Shown: piece after piece, positions 1-10,506 of the stretch
Layout of the letters: each line of letters starts with the position of its first letter
How positions within the stretch are numbered: the first letter of the stretch is position 1
Assembly: GCF_001194135.2 (NCBI RefSeq)
Contig: NC_069006.1
Location: 17,893,800-17,957,799 of the forward strand
Source: Octopus bimaculoides
Taxonomy: Eukaryota
Direction: 5' to 3'
Length of the DNA stretch: 64,000 bases
Program-made: the position numbers and the translations under genes
The notes under the pieces: generated by a model
The model's input: the letters and a program-made list of their open reading frames with translations, nothing else
The model's database searches: none
Told to the model about the DNA's origin: nothing

Positions 1-620
1 TTGTAACAGCAAATGACTGAAAACTGCAAGTTAACCTAGGGAAACAGCCGAAGGTCCTAGAATCTGTCACCTCAACATTATTAAGACCGAATATGATGCT
101 GATCTCAGAAGCATCAAAGTAGGTTGTTCTCTTGGAACTCTCCGTGCATTAGGAGGTCTGCAGTGAAGAAGCTAACAAGGGCTGGAGGAAATATGCTGAA
201 CTAGTGGAATTGTGGCAAAGTAATGGCTGGCAAGCAAGGAGTGATCCCATCAAGGTGGGATGCAGAGGGTTTGCAAACTACTAGTCCCTCTACCGAGTTC
301 ACAGTATGTTTGGCATTTTAGGTCCAGTAGGCTGGAGGGCATTGCAGGGACCTACAGGCTGGGGGTCGGGGGCATCAGGTTGGCTGTGGAGGCAGCAGAG
401 GTTGTTTCAAGGTGGCTGTGGATCAGAAGGTTCAAGTCCTGGAAGGGGCAGTGCTCCCAGGGGTAGAACTAACTGAACACAAGGTGGGGGCTAGATCAAC
501 CCTGGGCGGGTCACCTGGGGTGGGGGAGGTCTCTAATATTGAAAGACCCAAAACACCTAATGACCAAAGGAAACATCACTGATGATGTGTTCAGATGCAT
601 TACAGGAGAGTGTATGGAAA
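1..620 (+). mobile_element. 3' end of a decayed HERO-like RLE non-LTR retrotransposon (endonuclease domain plus 3' UTR)
   Basis: Manual translation from nt 6: TAND*KLQVNLGKQPKVLESVTSTLLRPNMMLISEASK*VVLLELSVH*EVCSEEANKGWRKYAELVELWQSNGWQARSDPIKVGCRGFA. This matches the HERO-type RLE pattern LRPD..VVLLELTVPWE..KY.EL..GW..IEVGCRGF and has several stops. It is followed by a UTR with gggtcacctggg...gaaagaccc...catcactgatgatgtg. Confidence 0.8.
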
Positions 621-904
621 AAACCTGTAAATCAGAGAGCAGGCTATGTCACATAGTCTGTTACAGGGATCCTACCTGAGGACTATGGAATACTCAGCCA
701 CTTGCACTGTAATTTAAGGGTTAGGTTAATCAAACAACTGGAATTGCTCACCATTAAAACAAATAGTAGATACATGTGTGTGTGTGTGAGTGCTACAGCT
801 ATACATACATTTTATATTCATATTGGGGTATGTATGTTTGTGTGTGTAACAGTTAATATATACACTTCCTTGTATTGGTAGATATTGGTAGAGGAGGCAG
901 CATA

Positions 905-1030
905 AATATATTCATTTTATACTTGTGACAGCATGGTTGTTAAGAAGTTTGCTTCCCATCCATGTGGTTTTGGGTTCAATACCTTTGTGTGGAACCTTGG
1001 GCAAGTGTTTCCTACTATAGCCCCATGTAT
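905..1030 (+). mobile_element. SINE-A head (tRNA-derived), truncated
   Basis: gcatggttgttaagaagtttgcttcccatccatgtggttttgggttcaatacc...ccttgggcaagtgtttcctactatagcc; matches the other SINE-A copies in the window. Confidence 0.75.
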
Positions 1031-1359
1031 ATGTTCTAACTGTACTGTATGTTGATATTGATGAAAGAACTAACCTCAGGCATGCGTATGCATTGTTAGT
1101 TATTGATATGAGCAATGTGTAACACAATGGCAGATAAGGAGAATAAGAGAGACTTGTGGGTGGCATATTCAGGGAGGGTTGATTTCAGGTCAGGGAATTT
1201 ACCACAGAGGGACCTTTTAACTAAATCTTGTTACCTGATGTTTCCTTTAGAATTTAAGAATTTCTCTCCTTCCCACTAAGACTAACAGGATGTCAGAGAG
1301 AGAGGGGGGGCAGGATGGGTGGGAGCTGAAGTCACTCCCACTGTTATAAGCAGCAACAC

Positions 1360-1503
1360 TTCAGAGGGAGAGAAGAAAAGAAAAAGGCCACTTGAGAGAG
1401 CCAGACTGACAACAAAAGGACACTATAGAACAATTGACCTTCTTCAGTAGAAACTGTCTGTGTCTATTTAAACATACTTACAGTCAAGAAAGACATGTTT
1501 CAA
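1360..1503 (+). other. Candidate first/5' exon of the host gene (start position uncertain)
   Basis: Non-repeat sequence ending in the strong donor CAA|GTGAGT at 1504. An 82-nt GT-AG intron follows, ending in ccctcttctctttcctctctAG (1585). TTATAAG lies near 1344. ATG at 1495. Confidence 0.25.
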
Positions 1504-1585
1504 GTGAGTTTTAGCACATTATTTATTTATAGTCAATAGAAACAACCAAACTGCCTAGGAATGCCCTCTTCTCTTTCCTCTCTAG

Positions 1586-1657
1586 TTCTGCCTGCCTGCT
1601 GTGGAGAGTGTCTTGTCAGATATCAACTGTTCAGTATTGCTGCCTGGTAACTCCTTG
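1586..1657 (+). other. Candidate exon 2 with two tandem donors (ends at 1646 or 1657)
   Basis: Strong pyrimidine-rich acceptor before 1586; donors CTG|GTAACT (1647) and TTG|GTAACA (1658). Confidence 0.3.
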
Positions 1658-1802
1658 GTAACAAGGAATGGCAATTAAATATAGTTGGAGATCAGAAGTT
1701 AACATGTTTTACACTCTAAAAGCTAATTATGGCTACATAGTGTTAGTGTGTGTATGTATGTATGTATGTATGTATGTATATTATTATGTTTATATCATTT
1801 CC

Positions 1803-2087
1803 GCAGGCACAGGCGTGGCTGTGTGGTAAGAAGCTTGCTTCCCAACCACATGATTCTAGGTTCAGTTTCACTGCATGGCACCTTGGGCAAGTGTCTTCTA
1901 CTATAGTAGAAGCCCAGTGCCGCCTGACTGGCCCTCGTGCCGGCGGCACATAAAAGCACCCACTACACTCTCTGAGTGGTTGGCGTTAGGAAGGGCATCC
2001 AGCTGTAGAAACTCTGCCAAATCAGATTGGAGCCTGGTGTAGCCATCTGGTTTCACCAGTCCGCAGTCAAATCGTCCAACCCATGCT
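1803..2087 (+). mobile_element. SINE-A head joined to an RTE-type 3' tail, running into an assembly gap
   Basis: gcaggcacaggcgtggctgtgtggtaagaagcttgcttcccaaccac..., then gccagtgccgcctgactggc...ggcgttaggaagggcatccagctgtagaaactctgccaaatcagattggagcc. Confidence 0.8.
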
Positions 2088-3057
2088 NNNNNNNNNNNNN
2101 NNNNNNNNNNNNNNNNNNNNNNNNNNNNNNNNNNNNNNNNNNNNNNNNNNNNNNNNNNNNNNNNNNNNNNNNNNNNNNNNNNNNNNNNNNNNNNNNNNNN
2201 NNNNNNNNNNNNNNNNNNNNNNNNNNNNNNNNNNNNNNNNNNNNNNNNNNNNNNNNNNNNNNNNNNNNNNNNNNNNNNNNNNNNNNNNNNNNNNNNNNNN
2301 NNNNNNNNNNNNNNNNNNNNNNNNNNNNNNNNNNNNNNNNNNNNNNNNNNNNNNNNNNNNNNNNNNNNNNNNNNNNNNNNNNNNNNNNNNNNNNNNNNNN
2401 NNNNNNNNNNNNNNNNNNNNNNNNNNNNNNNNNNNNNNNNNNNNNNNNNNNNNNNNNNNNNNNNNNNNNNNNNNNNNNNNNNNNNNNNNNNNNNNNNNNN
2501 NNNNNNNNNNNNNNNNNNNNNNNNNNNNNNNNNNNNNNNNNNNNNNNNNNNNNNNNNNNNNNNNNNNNNNNNNNNNNNNNNNNNNNNNNNNNNNNNNNNN
2601 NNNNNNNNNNNNNNNNNNNNNNNNNNNNNNNNNNNNNNNNNNNNNNNNNNNNNNNNNNNNNNNNNNNNNNNNNNNNNNNNNNNNNNNNNNNNNNNNNNNN
2701 NNNNNNNNNNNNNNNNNNNNNNNNNNNNNNNNNNNNNNNNNNNNNNNNNNNNNNNNNNNNNNNNNNNNNNNNNNNNNNNNNNNNNNNNNNNNNNNNNNNN
2801 NNNNNNNNNNNNNNNNNNNNNNNNNNNNNNNNNNNNNNNNNNNNNNNNNNNNNNNNNNNNNNNNNNNNNNNNNNNNNNNNNNNNNNNNNNNNNNNNNNNN
2901 NNNNNNNNNNNNNNNNNNNNNNNNNNNNNNNNNNNNNNNNNNNNNNNNNNNNNNNNNNNNNNNNNNNNNNNNNNNNNNNNNNNNNNNNNNNNNNNNNNNN
3001 NNNNNNNNNNNNNNNNNNTAAGCAAGCTACTTACCACACAGCCACTCCTACGTCTAC

Positions 3058-3144
<87 letters not shown>

Positions 3145-3369
3145 CATAATGTAAATAGGTAGATAGAATGAATTTGATGTTGAGTACATTTGACAACAAG
3201 GTTTTGGGAGAAATTTCATCAGACACCACACAGTGATTAAATTAAGTACTAAAAACTATGATAGTTTTCACCTCTAGGCAGGCTCTAACTAATCCAACAG
3301 AGTGAGGACCACAAGTGTTCCGGATCTGACCATCATGTCTTTTATTTACGCAGGCATGATATATTCATA

Positions 3370-3568
3370 TACAATGGGGTGCTGAAAAGTTCCTGGCTTT
3401 GGGCAAAAGAAAACACGGGAGGATCTGTTAATTAGGATTTTATTCAACATATTCACACTTATTGCAGCGGTTTTTCTAACCCCTGTAAAAGAACTCTGAA
3501 GGGTGAGCCTTGAACCAAGCCTTTGGCGAAACCCTTAAAGCCAGGAACTGTCCAATGCCATCTCCCAT
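3370..3568 (-). mobile_element. Mariner-derived MITE (~200 bp)
   Basis: TIR ggggtgctgaaaagttcctggcttt ... aaagccaggaac; same family as 7917-8126 and 24635-24830. Confidence 0.75.
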
Positions 3569-4280
3569 GGGACTGAATGATCTAATTTTGTTTGTTATAT
3601 GGGATTGTAAGAGTACAGCATTAACACACCTCCACATATAACCAACATAACAGCTACCAACACATCACCACCACCACCACCATCAGCAGCAGTAATCACT
3701 GTACTTTCTTTTCCTCCTCTCCCCTTCCATTTATAATTAGTTGTGTTCATTAAAAAAGAAAAGTCTGATGACTTCATTAACTGCAAGTAGTTGTGTTTAA
3801 GTACTCCTTGGTTTCTGGAGTCCTTGACATCCTCTTCAATTGGTTTGTGGTTAATCTACTTGCCACCCTGCTGTTGCTGCTGAGAGCTTGCCTCCTCTTC
3901 CTCCTCCTCCTCCTCCTTCCCTCCACATCATCATCATCATCTACAACAACAACAACAACAACAAAAATGAGAGATTCTGTGAAAATTAATTGTGGAAAAA
4001 CAAAAATCTGAAACTGTATGCATTCAAATATCATTTCCTGTTCACTTCTCTCAGCTGGGTGTGTGTATGTAGTGCGGGGGGTGGGTGTGACGTGGGGAGT
4101 AGATTGGGATGGAATGGCATAGGGGTCAGTAGTGGGGATGGGGGTGGAGGAGAGCAGGGAGTGTGATAAGAAGGGTTTGTTCAAAAATGTCTTCCTCCTT
4201 GCATTAAGACTTTTTTTCATTAATTGTTTATAACAATTTCTCTATACACGCATGCATACATAGCAGCTTATAAAAAGGAG

Positions 4281-4830
4281 TACTGGTGGTATGTCCAAGT
4301 GGAAACCTCAATAAAATGTAAGCACAATAGATCTGACATTGAGATTAGGGATTGAGAAGAGAAACTGTGTAGAGTTGTGAAAATCAATTGCCCAGCAGAT
4401 GATATAACATAAGGCTAAAAGATAAGTGAAAAGGAAAATACCTTATGCTGAACTGTTGAGAAATCTGCAGTTACTCTATCCAGATTACAAGTTCAGGTTT
4501 ATACCTGTAATTATTGGGGCACTGGGATATATAATACACTGCCTAAGTACCAATCTTGAGAAATTAGGTTTCTCAAAATCAGAAAGGAGAAAGCTGATTC
4601 GAGGATTGCAGGTCCAAGCCATCACTGGAACTGAACATTTGTAGAACTTTCCAGAAGTTTATCGTTTAGGTATATATGCACATACACAAGCACTGACTCT
4701 AAATATTGCACACATATGCAGATACATGCGAAAATACCCTGTCAATGTTGAAAGTTCAATGAAGAAGCTTTGTATCTAGGTTACAAACCAGCTCTTTCTC
4801 TATTGGCAAAAAATCTTGAGGTAAAACTGA
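4281..4830 (+). mobile_element. Decayed RLE non-LTR retrotransposon 3' end (R4/Dong- or NeSL-like)
   Basis: YWWYVQVETSIKCKHNRSDIEIRD*EEKLCRVVKINCPAD, then YAELLRNLQLLYPDYKFRFIPVIIGALG (ORF 4426-4644): a degenerate HNRPD..EISCP..KY..IPVIIGALG RLE signature with stops and frameshifts. Confidence 0.8.
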
Positions 4831-4879
4831 TTAATGACATACCTAAAAATTACAGCCACCACCAAATTAAAACACAAGT

Positions 4880-5035
4880 GGCTAGATATTGTTTTGTGGA
4901 CTGCAAGAAAAAGATTTGCTCTGTTGTAGAAATCAGCTGCCCTTTGACACCATTGTGGTCAAGAAAATTCAGGGGAAAGAGGACATTTGGGGACCATTGT
5001 TAAGGCATTTGCAAGTACAGTACCATTGGTAGGCT
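4880..5035 (+). mobile_element. Second, divergent RLE endonuclease fragment
   Basis: DCKKKICSVVEISCP in ORF 4770-5003, with frameshifted continuation KKIQGKEDIWGPLLRHLQVQY; homologous to 4340-4480 but not a recent duplicate. Confidence 0.65.
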
Positions 5036-5462
5036 GGTAGTGTATGTTCTAGATCTTATATATATATATATATATATNNNNNNNNNNNNNNNNNNNNNNN
5101 NNNNNNNNNNNNNNNNNNNNNNNNNNNNNNNNNNNNNNNNNNNNNNNNNNNNNNNNNNNNNNNNNNNNNNNNNNNNNNNNNNNNNNNNNNNNNNNNNNNN
5201 NNNNNNNNNNNNNNNNNNNNNNNNNNNNNNNNNNNNNNNNNNNNNNNNNNNNNNNNNNNNNNNNNNNNNNNNNNNNNNNNNNNNNNNNNNNNNNNNNNNN
5301 NNNNNNNNNNNNNNNNNNNNNNNNNNNNNNNNNNNNNNNNNNNNNNNNNNNNNNNNNNNNNNNNNNNNNNNNNNNNNNNNNNNNNNNNNNNNNNNNNNNN
5401 NNNNNNNNNNNNNNNNNNNNNNNNNNNNNNNNNNNNNNNNNNNNNNNNNNNNNNNNNNNNNN

Positions 5463-5496
<34 letters not shown>

Positions 5497-5584
5497 ACCA
5501 CTGTTTCAGGCAGGCCAATGAAGGAAACCTTTCTACTTGTAATACCAAATTCTCCTCAAACCGCACTCTACTGTCTTTAACAAC

Positions 5585-5822
5585 CATTTAACATTTAAAC
5601 CAGCCATCGCCATATTTTGCCCAAATAGTTTGCCTGTTTTATTTACAAACTGGCCATATTTGCCCTCTCATACTTACCCTAAAACTAAACAAACACATCA
5701 TCGAAATTTCAAAGTTATGAGATAGTGCATGAATAATTGAGAACAATGTGAATAAATGAGCATTATATTTGGCAAAATAATCTGAATGTGAACAGATTTA
5801 ACCTTTTGGCATATTTCTCTTG
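5585..5822 (+). mobile_element. piggyBac-like MITE family 1, degenerate copy
   Basis: Homologous to the complete copy at 33009-33236 (opposite orientation). Confidence 0.65.
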
Positions 5823-6020
5823 AAATACACTGGTTTTATTTTTATTTATTTTCAAAATTATGAATAATTTATTAAAATAATTTTGTCGTTATTTAAGCTA
5901 GTGCTTGAAACATAAATCAAACTAGATTTTTGTTGGAAGGTTTTAATTTAGATCTCTTTAAAACAGGAAGTTTTGTGTCAAATAACCAGGAGTGGCGTCA
6001 GGCAGGTTGATATAAAATTA
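5818..6020. mobile_element. Probable second TTAA-flanked MITE abutting family 1
   Basis: Begins TTAAcctttt at the junction; AT-rich body; ends ...caggcaggttgatataaaattaa. TIRs are degenerate. Confidence 0.35.
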
Positions 6021-6589
6021 AAGGAAAGGACACTACAGAATAATATGGATTGACCATCATTACTTTGTTGCTGTTGTTTAACTGAGATCAGTCCTGATCA
6101 AACAGGTATAGGATCAGATGCATTCCAGATGTGACCAAGCAGACAGACAAATAATCAAATGCATTCAGCTCATCTCACCTCCACCCCCACCCCCAACCAC
6201 ACCCCACATGTTCAGTGTATCTAGGACTTCATTATCAAATGTATAAGTTTAGTAGTTAATTGATATAGTACCTAAATAATGTAATGTTCTGTTTATATAT
6301 TTCTGGCCGAAATAGGATTAATGTAATGTAATGTAATATAAAGCTGAAGCAAATTAACACCAAATATACAGTGTGTGTGTGTGTGTGTGTGTTTATTGGC
6401 TAAACTGGCAATATGACCATCCCCAAGTACAACAACATAATGTAATGTTATTTCGAAGTTATTACATATGAAAAATGTTGAGAATTTTACATGTCCACTG
6501 GTTTTCTTATGTAAATCACATGACTGAGAATATACGATCAATATACTCACTTATACGTTCACATATGATTACATATACAAACCAGCCAT

Positions 6590-7900
6590 CAACTGTGAGT
6601 GAATTTGGCTAAGAAACATGTACCATGCTTTTGTGAATTATGCCACACCCTAACAGTTGAGGGAACCCGTGGAAGAGGTAGGCCCAGGAAGACCTGGGCT
6701 GAGGTGGTGAGGCAAGACCTTCGTACATTGGGCCTCACCGAGGCGATGACTACGGACCGAGACCTTTGGAAATGGGCTGTGCGTGAGAAGACCCGGCAAG
6801 CCAAGTAAGATCGTTGCCAGTGCCCCTGGACTGGTTCTTGTGCGGGTGGCACATGAGATGCACCATTTTGAGCGTGGCCGTTGCCAGTACCGCCTGACTG
6901 GCTCCTGTAGGATTTTCGAGCGAGANNNNNNNNNNNNNNNNNNNNNNNNNNNNNNNNNNNNNNNNNNNNNNNNNNNNNNNNNNNNNNNNNNNNNNNNNNN
7001 NNNNNNNNNNNNNNNNNNNNNNNNNNNNNNNNNNNNNNNNNNNNNNNNNNNNNNNNNNNNNNNNNNNNNNNNNNNNNNNNNNNNNNNNNNNNNNNNNNNN
7101 NNNNNNNNNNNNNNNNNNNNNNNNNNNNNNNNNNNNNNNNNNNNNNNNNNNNNNNNNNNNNNNNNNNNNNNNNNNNNNNNNNNNNNNNNNNNNNNNNNNN
7201 NNNNNNNNNNNNNNNNNNNNNNNNNNNNNNNNNNNNNNNNNNNNNNNNNNNNNNNNNNNNNNNNNNNNNNNNNNNNNNNNNNNNNNNNNNNNNNNNNNNN
7301 NNNNNNNNNNNNNNNNNNNNNNNNNNNNNNNNNNNNNNNNNNNNNNNNNNNNNNNNNNNNNNNNNNNNNNNNNNNNNNNNNNNNNNNNNNNNNNNNNNNN
7401 NNNNNNNNNNNNNNNNNNNNNNNNNNNNNNNNNNNNNNNNNNNNNNNNNNNNNNNNNNNNNNNNNNNNNNNNNNNNNNNNNNNNNNNNNNNNNNNNNNNN
7501 NNNNNNNNNNNNNNNNNNNNNNNNNNNNNNNNNNNNNNNNNNNNNNNNNNNNNNNNNNNNNNNNNNNNNNNNNNNNNNNNACGTAGGTGGCATGTGAAAA
7601 AACATTAGAACGCGGTTATTGCCAGTGTCGCCGGACTGGCTCCCGTGCAGATGGCATGTAAAAAAACACCTTTGAGCATGGTCGCTGCCAGAACCGACTG
7701 ACTGGCCCTCGTGCTGGTGGTACGTAAAAGCACCCACTACACTCTTGGAGTGGTTGGCGTTAGGAAGGGCATCCAGCTGTAGAAACTCTGCCAAATCAGA
7801 TTGGAGCCTGGTGCAGCCATCTGGTTCACCAGTCCTCAGTCAAACTGTCCAACCCATGCCAGCATGGAACACAGATATTAAACGATGGCGACGATGATGA
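6590..7900 (+). mobile_element. RTE-clade LINE 3' end (ORF C-terminus plus 3' UTR, interrupted by gap 6926-7580)
   Basis: ORF 6599-6808 LTVEGTRGRGRPRKTWAEVVRQDLRTLGLTEAMTTDRDLWKWAVREKTRQAK* is the typical RTE C-terminus (GRPR.TW..D..DR..W). The UTR has ~60-bp tandem units (gccagt.ccg.ctgactggc) and ends ...acccatgccagcatggaa...ttaaacgatg(gat)n. Joining across the gap is assumed. Confidence 0.85.
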
Positions 7901-7916
7901 TATATATATACATATA

Positions 7917-8126
7917 TACAAGGAGGTACTGAAAAGTTCCTGACTTTAAGTGTGTTGTGAAAGTCCTTGTTGGAAGCCCAAACTTCCAAGTTCTTTTACA
8001 GGGCTTAGAAAAACTGATGGGCCACTGCAATAAGTGCGTGAATCTGGGTGAGGAATATGTTGAATAAAATCATAATTAACAGATCCTCTTTACCCAAAGT
8101 CAGGAACTTTACAGCACCCTTTCATA
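7917..8126 (+). mobile_element. Mariner-derived MITE retaining the transposase C-terminus
   Basis: TIRs TAcaaggaggtactgaaaagttcctgacttt / aaagtcaggaactttacagcaccctttcaTA; internal LQGLEKLMGHCNKCVNLGEEYVE* matches the mariner C-terminal KCV...GEYVE motif. Confidence 0.85.
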
Positions 8127-8387
8127 TGTAGTTGGGAGCAGGTATAGACCTCCTTTCTACTCTCCCACACTTTGACCTAGTGGCACTATGCAAAGTGTGA
8201 CATGTAGAGAGAGAGAAACAGTTTGTATTCATTTTAATTACAGTGTGTCATCCTCCCCCATGCCCAACCAGTGTGTCATTTTTATGGCGCTGTAGTGCTT
8301 ATTAAAACATCAACACCAAGTTGCATTGTTGGGCCCTGACAAAGCAGTTTCAGAACTGAAAGCAAATATTTCTTGTTTTGTGTACAG

Positions 8388-8467
8388 GAGTGCAGAGGTG
8401 AGACAGAAATGTCTTCCACTTCTGTCTGCTTTGATCAAAAACTGCTTGATTTAAAATCAGCAATAAG
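8388..8467 (+). CDS. Candidate host-gene exon containing ATG at 8409 (MSSTSVCFDQKLLDLKSAI, ends phase 2)
   Basis: Acceptor atttcttgttttgtgtacAG (8386-8387), donor AAG|GTAAAA (8468). Open frame in non-repeat sequence. Phase fits 52682-52703. Confidence 0.45.
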
Positions 8468-8554
8468 GTAAAAACTGATGTTGTGTTTGTTGTTCGTGAA
8501 CTGTTTGGTCTGTTTGTGGAATTTAATGAAAGATGGCTGCCTTTTCTCTCTCTT

Positions 8555-8591
<37 letters not shown>

Positions 8592-8738
8592 TAGAGAGGT
8601 ACATTTATTCACACACACATAACACACCCACACGTGTGTTTCTATTTATATAGATATGTGTGTGCATTTATGTATATATAAATATATAAATGTATGTATA
8701 CATACATACACACTTATGCTCTCTTTATATATATCTAA

Positions 8739-8769
<31 letters not shown>

Positions 8770-8787
8770 TACACCCATGTATATACA

Positions 8788-8827
<40 letters not shown>

Positions 8828-8974
8828 CACACCATATCTATCTATGTAAATGCATATATGTTGTGTGTATATAAGTATATGCATAAACAGACACACGCTC
8901 ACACACTCATCATTCTCTCTCTTTCTTTCCCTCTTCTCTCACTAGTTCTCTCTTTCTTTTTCCCTCCTCTTTCT

Positions 8975-9108
<134 letters not shown>

Positions 9109-9499
9109 TAGTTATTAGTTATTAAGTTACAGCTGCAGGCAATATTTTAGATATTATTATCTACCAAATGTTTAGCTAAGTCTTCATTTAAAAGCTTTTT
9201 CAATTCAATTACAAAGCCCCTATGGCTTTGTTCTGTCAAAGGATTGATGTTTAATTAGCGACAACAAATTATGTCTGGCTTCTGACAAGCGGCTTTATTT
9301 GAATTTTCGTTTTCTTTACATTTTCTTAGGTTGTCTAGGTCTGCCAATGTAGACATTCCTTAATTCTTTATCTCTGTCATTTATTAACATTTCAGTCGCC
9401 AGTTTGTTGTAGACTGTTCACATTCAGATTATTTTGATACCCAGTCAGATATGCACATTTATTATTATTCATTGCTTATGCAGAGCTCTTGACTGCAGT

Positions 9500-9915
9500 C
9501 AGTGTGTGAACCCCTCAAGCTTGACCTCAATTTCTGTGTGGTTCCTTTGACCTTCATCTCAGTCTGTGCGTGGACCCCTTGACCGTGACCTCATTCTATG
9601 TCGATCACTTGATCTTCACTTTAATCTGTGTATGGCCCTTGACCTAAATCTGTGTGTGGACCCCCTCAACCTTGACCTCAATCTGTGTGTGGATCCCTCA
9701 ATCTCAACCTCAATCTGTATGTGTAGCTTTCGACCTCAGCCCCAAACCATGTGCAGCTAATAACCTTAATCCGCTCCCTGTGCACAGCTCACAACCCTCG
9801 TCCCCCAACTGTATGGAGATCACAACCCCCAGTCCCTAACTGTGTGGCATTCACAACCTCAGCCCCTTAACTGTGTGAAGATCACAACTTCAGCCCCTAA
9901 ATGTGTGACACAAAC
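9500..9915. repeat. Degenerate minisatellite, ~25-30 bp unit (ctgtgtgtggaccccttgaccttgacctcaat-like)
   Basis: Repeated tgtgtgga.ccc.t...acctcaat.ctg units drifting in sequence along the array. Confidence 0.7.
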
Positions 9916-10134
9916 TGAGCACCACCACCATCTCTGCTTCTCTAAATTTATTTGAAATATCTTCATTGATGTTTTACATCCAATTTCCTGTCTGAGAAAT
10001 GTCCAGCTGTACAAAGTTAATTTTACAGAACTGTACACATTTAAGACCATTTCGTAATAGTGTGGCTCTCTGCTCAGCTCTCTTTCTCTCTCTCTCTCTC
10101 TTATATTGTAGTAGCTGTGCCATATTAACTATCT

Positions 10135-10335
10135 TTTCTTACTTTCATTCATTTCAGTCAGTTGACTGTGGCCATGCTGGAGCACTGCCTTTAGTCGACC
10201 CCAGGGCTTATTCTTTGTAAGCTTAGTATTCTATCAGTCTCTTTTGCCGAACTGCTATGTTACAGGGACGTAAGCACACCAGCAATAGTTGTCAAGCAAT
10301 GTTGGGGGACAAAAACACTCACACACAAACACATG

Positions 10336-10376
<41 letters not shown>

Positions 10377-10506
10377 GACGGGTTTCTCTCAGTTTCCATC
10401 TACCAAATCCACTCACAAGGCTTTGGTCGGCCCGAGGCTATAGTAGAAGACACTTGCCCAACCATGTGGTTGGTACGCAAGCTACTTACAACACAGCCAC
10501 TCCTGC
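10135..10506 (-). mobile_element. SINE-A, near full length with internal (CA)n(TA)n
   Basis: Reverse complement of 27421-27846. Other minus copies at about 16735-16985, 18280-18420, 26060-26200, 28250-28385, 41170-41350, 41980-42100, 44590-44965, 48455-48800, 59175-59345 and 59822-59975. Confidence 0.85.
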
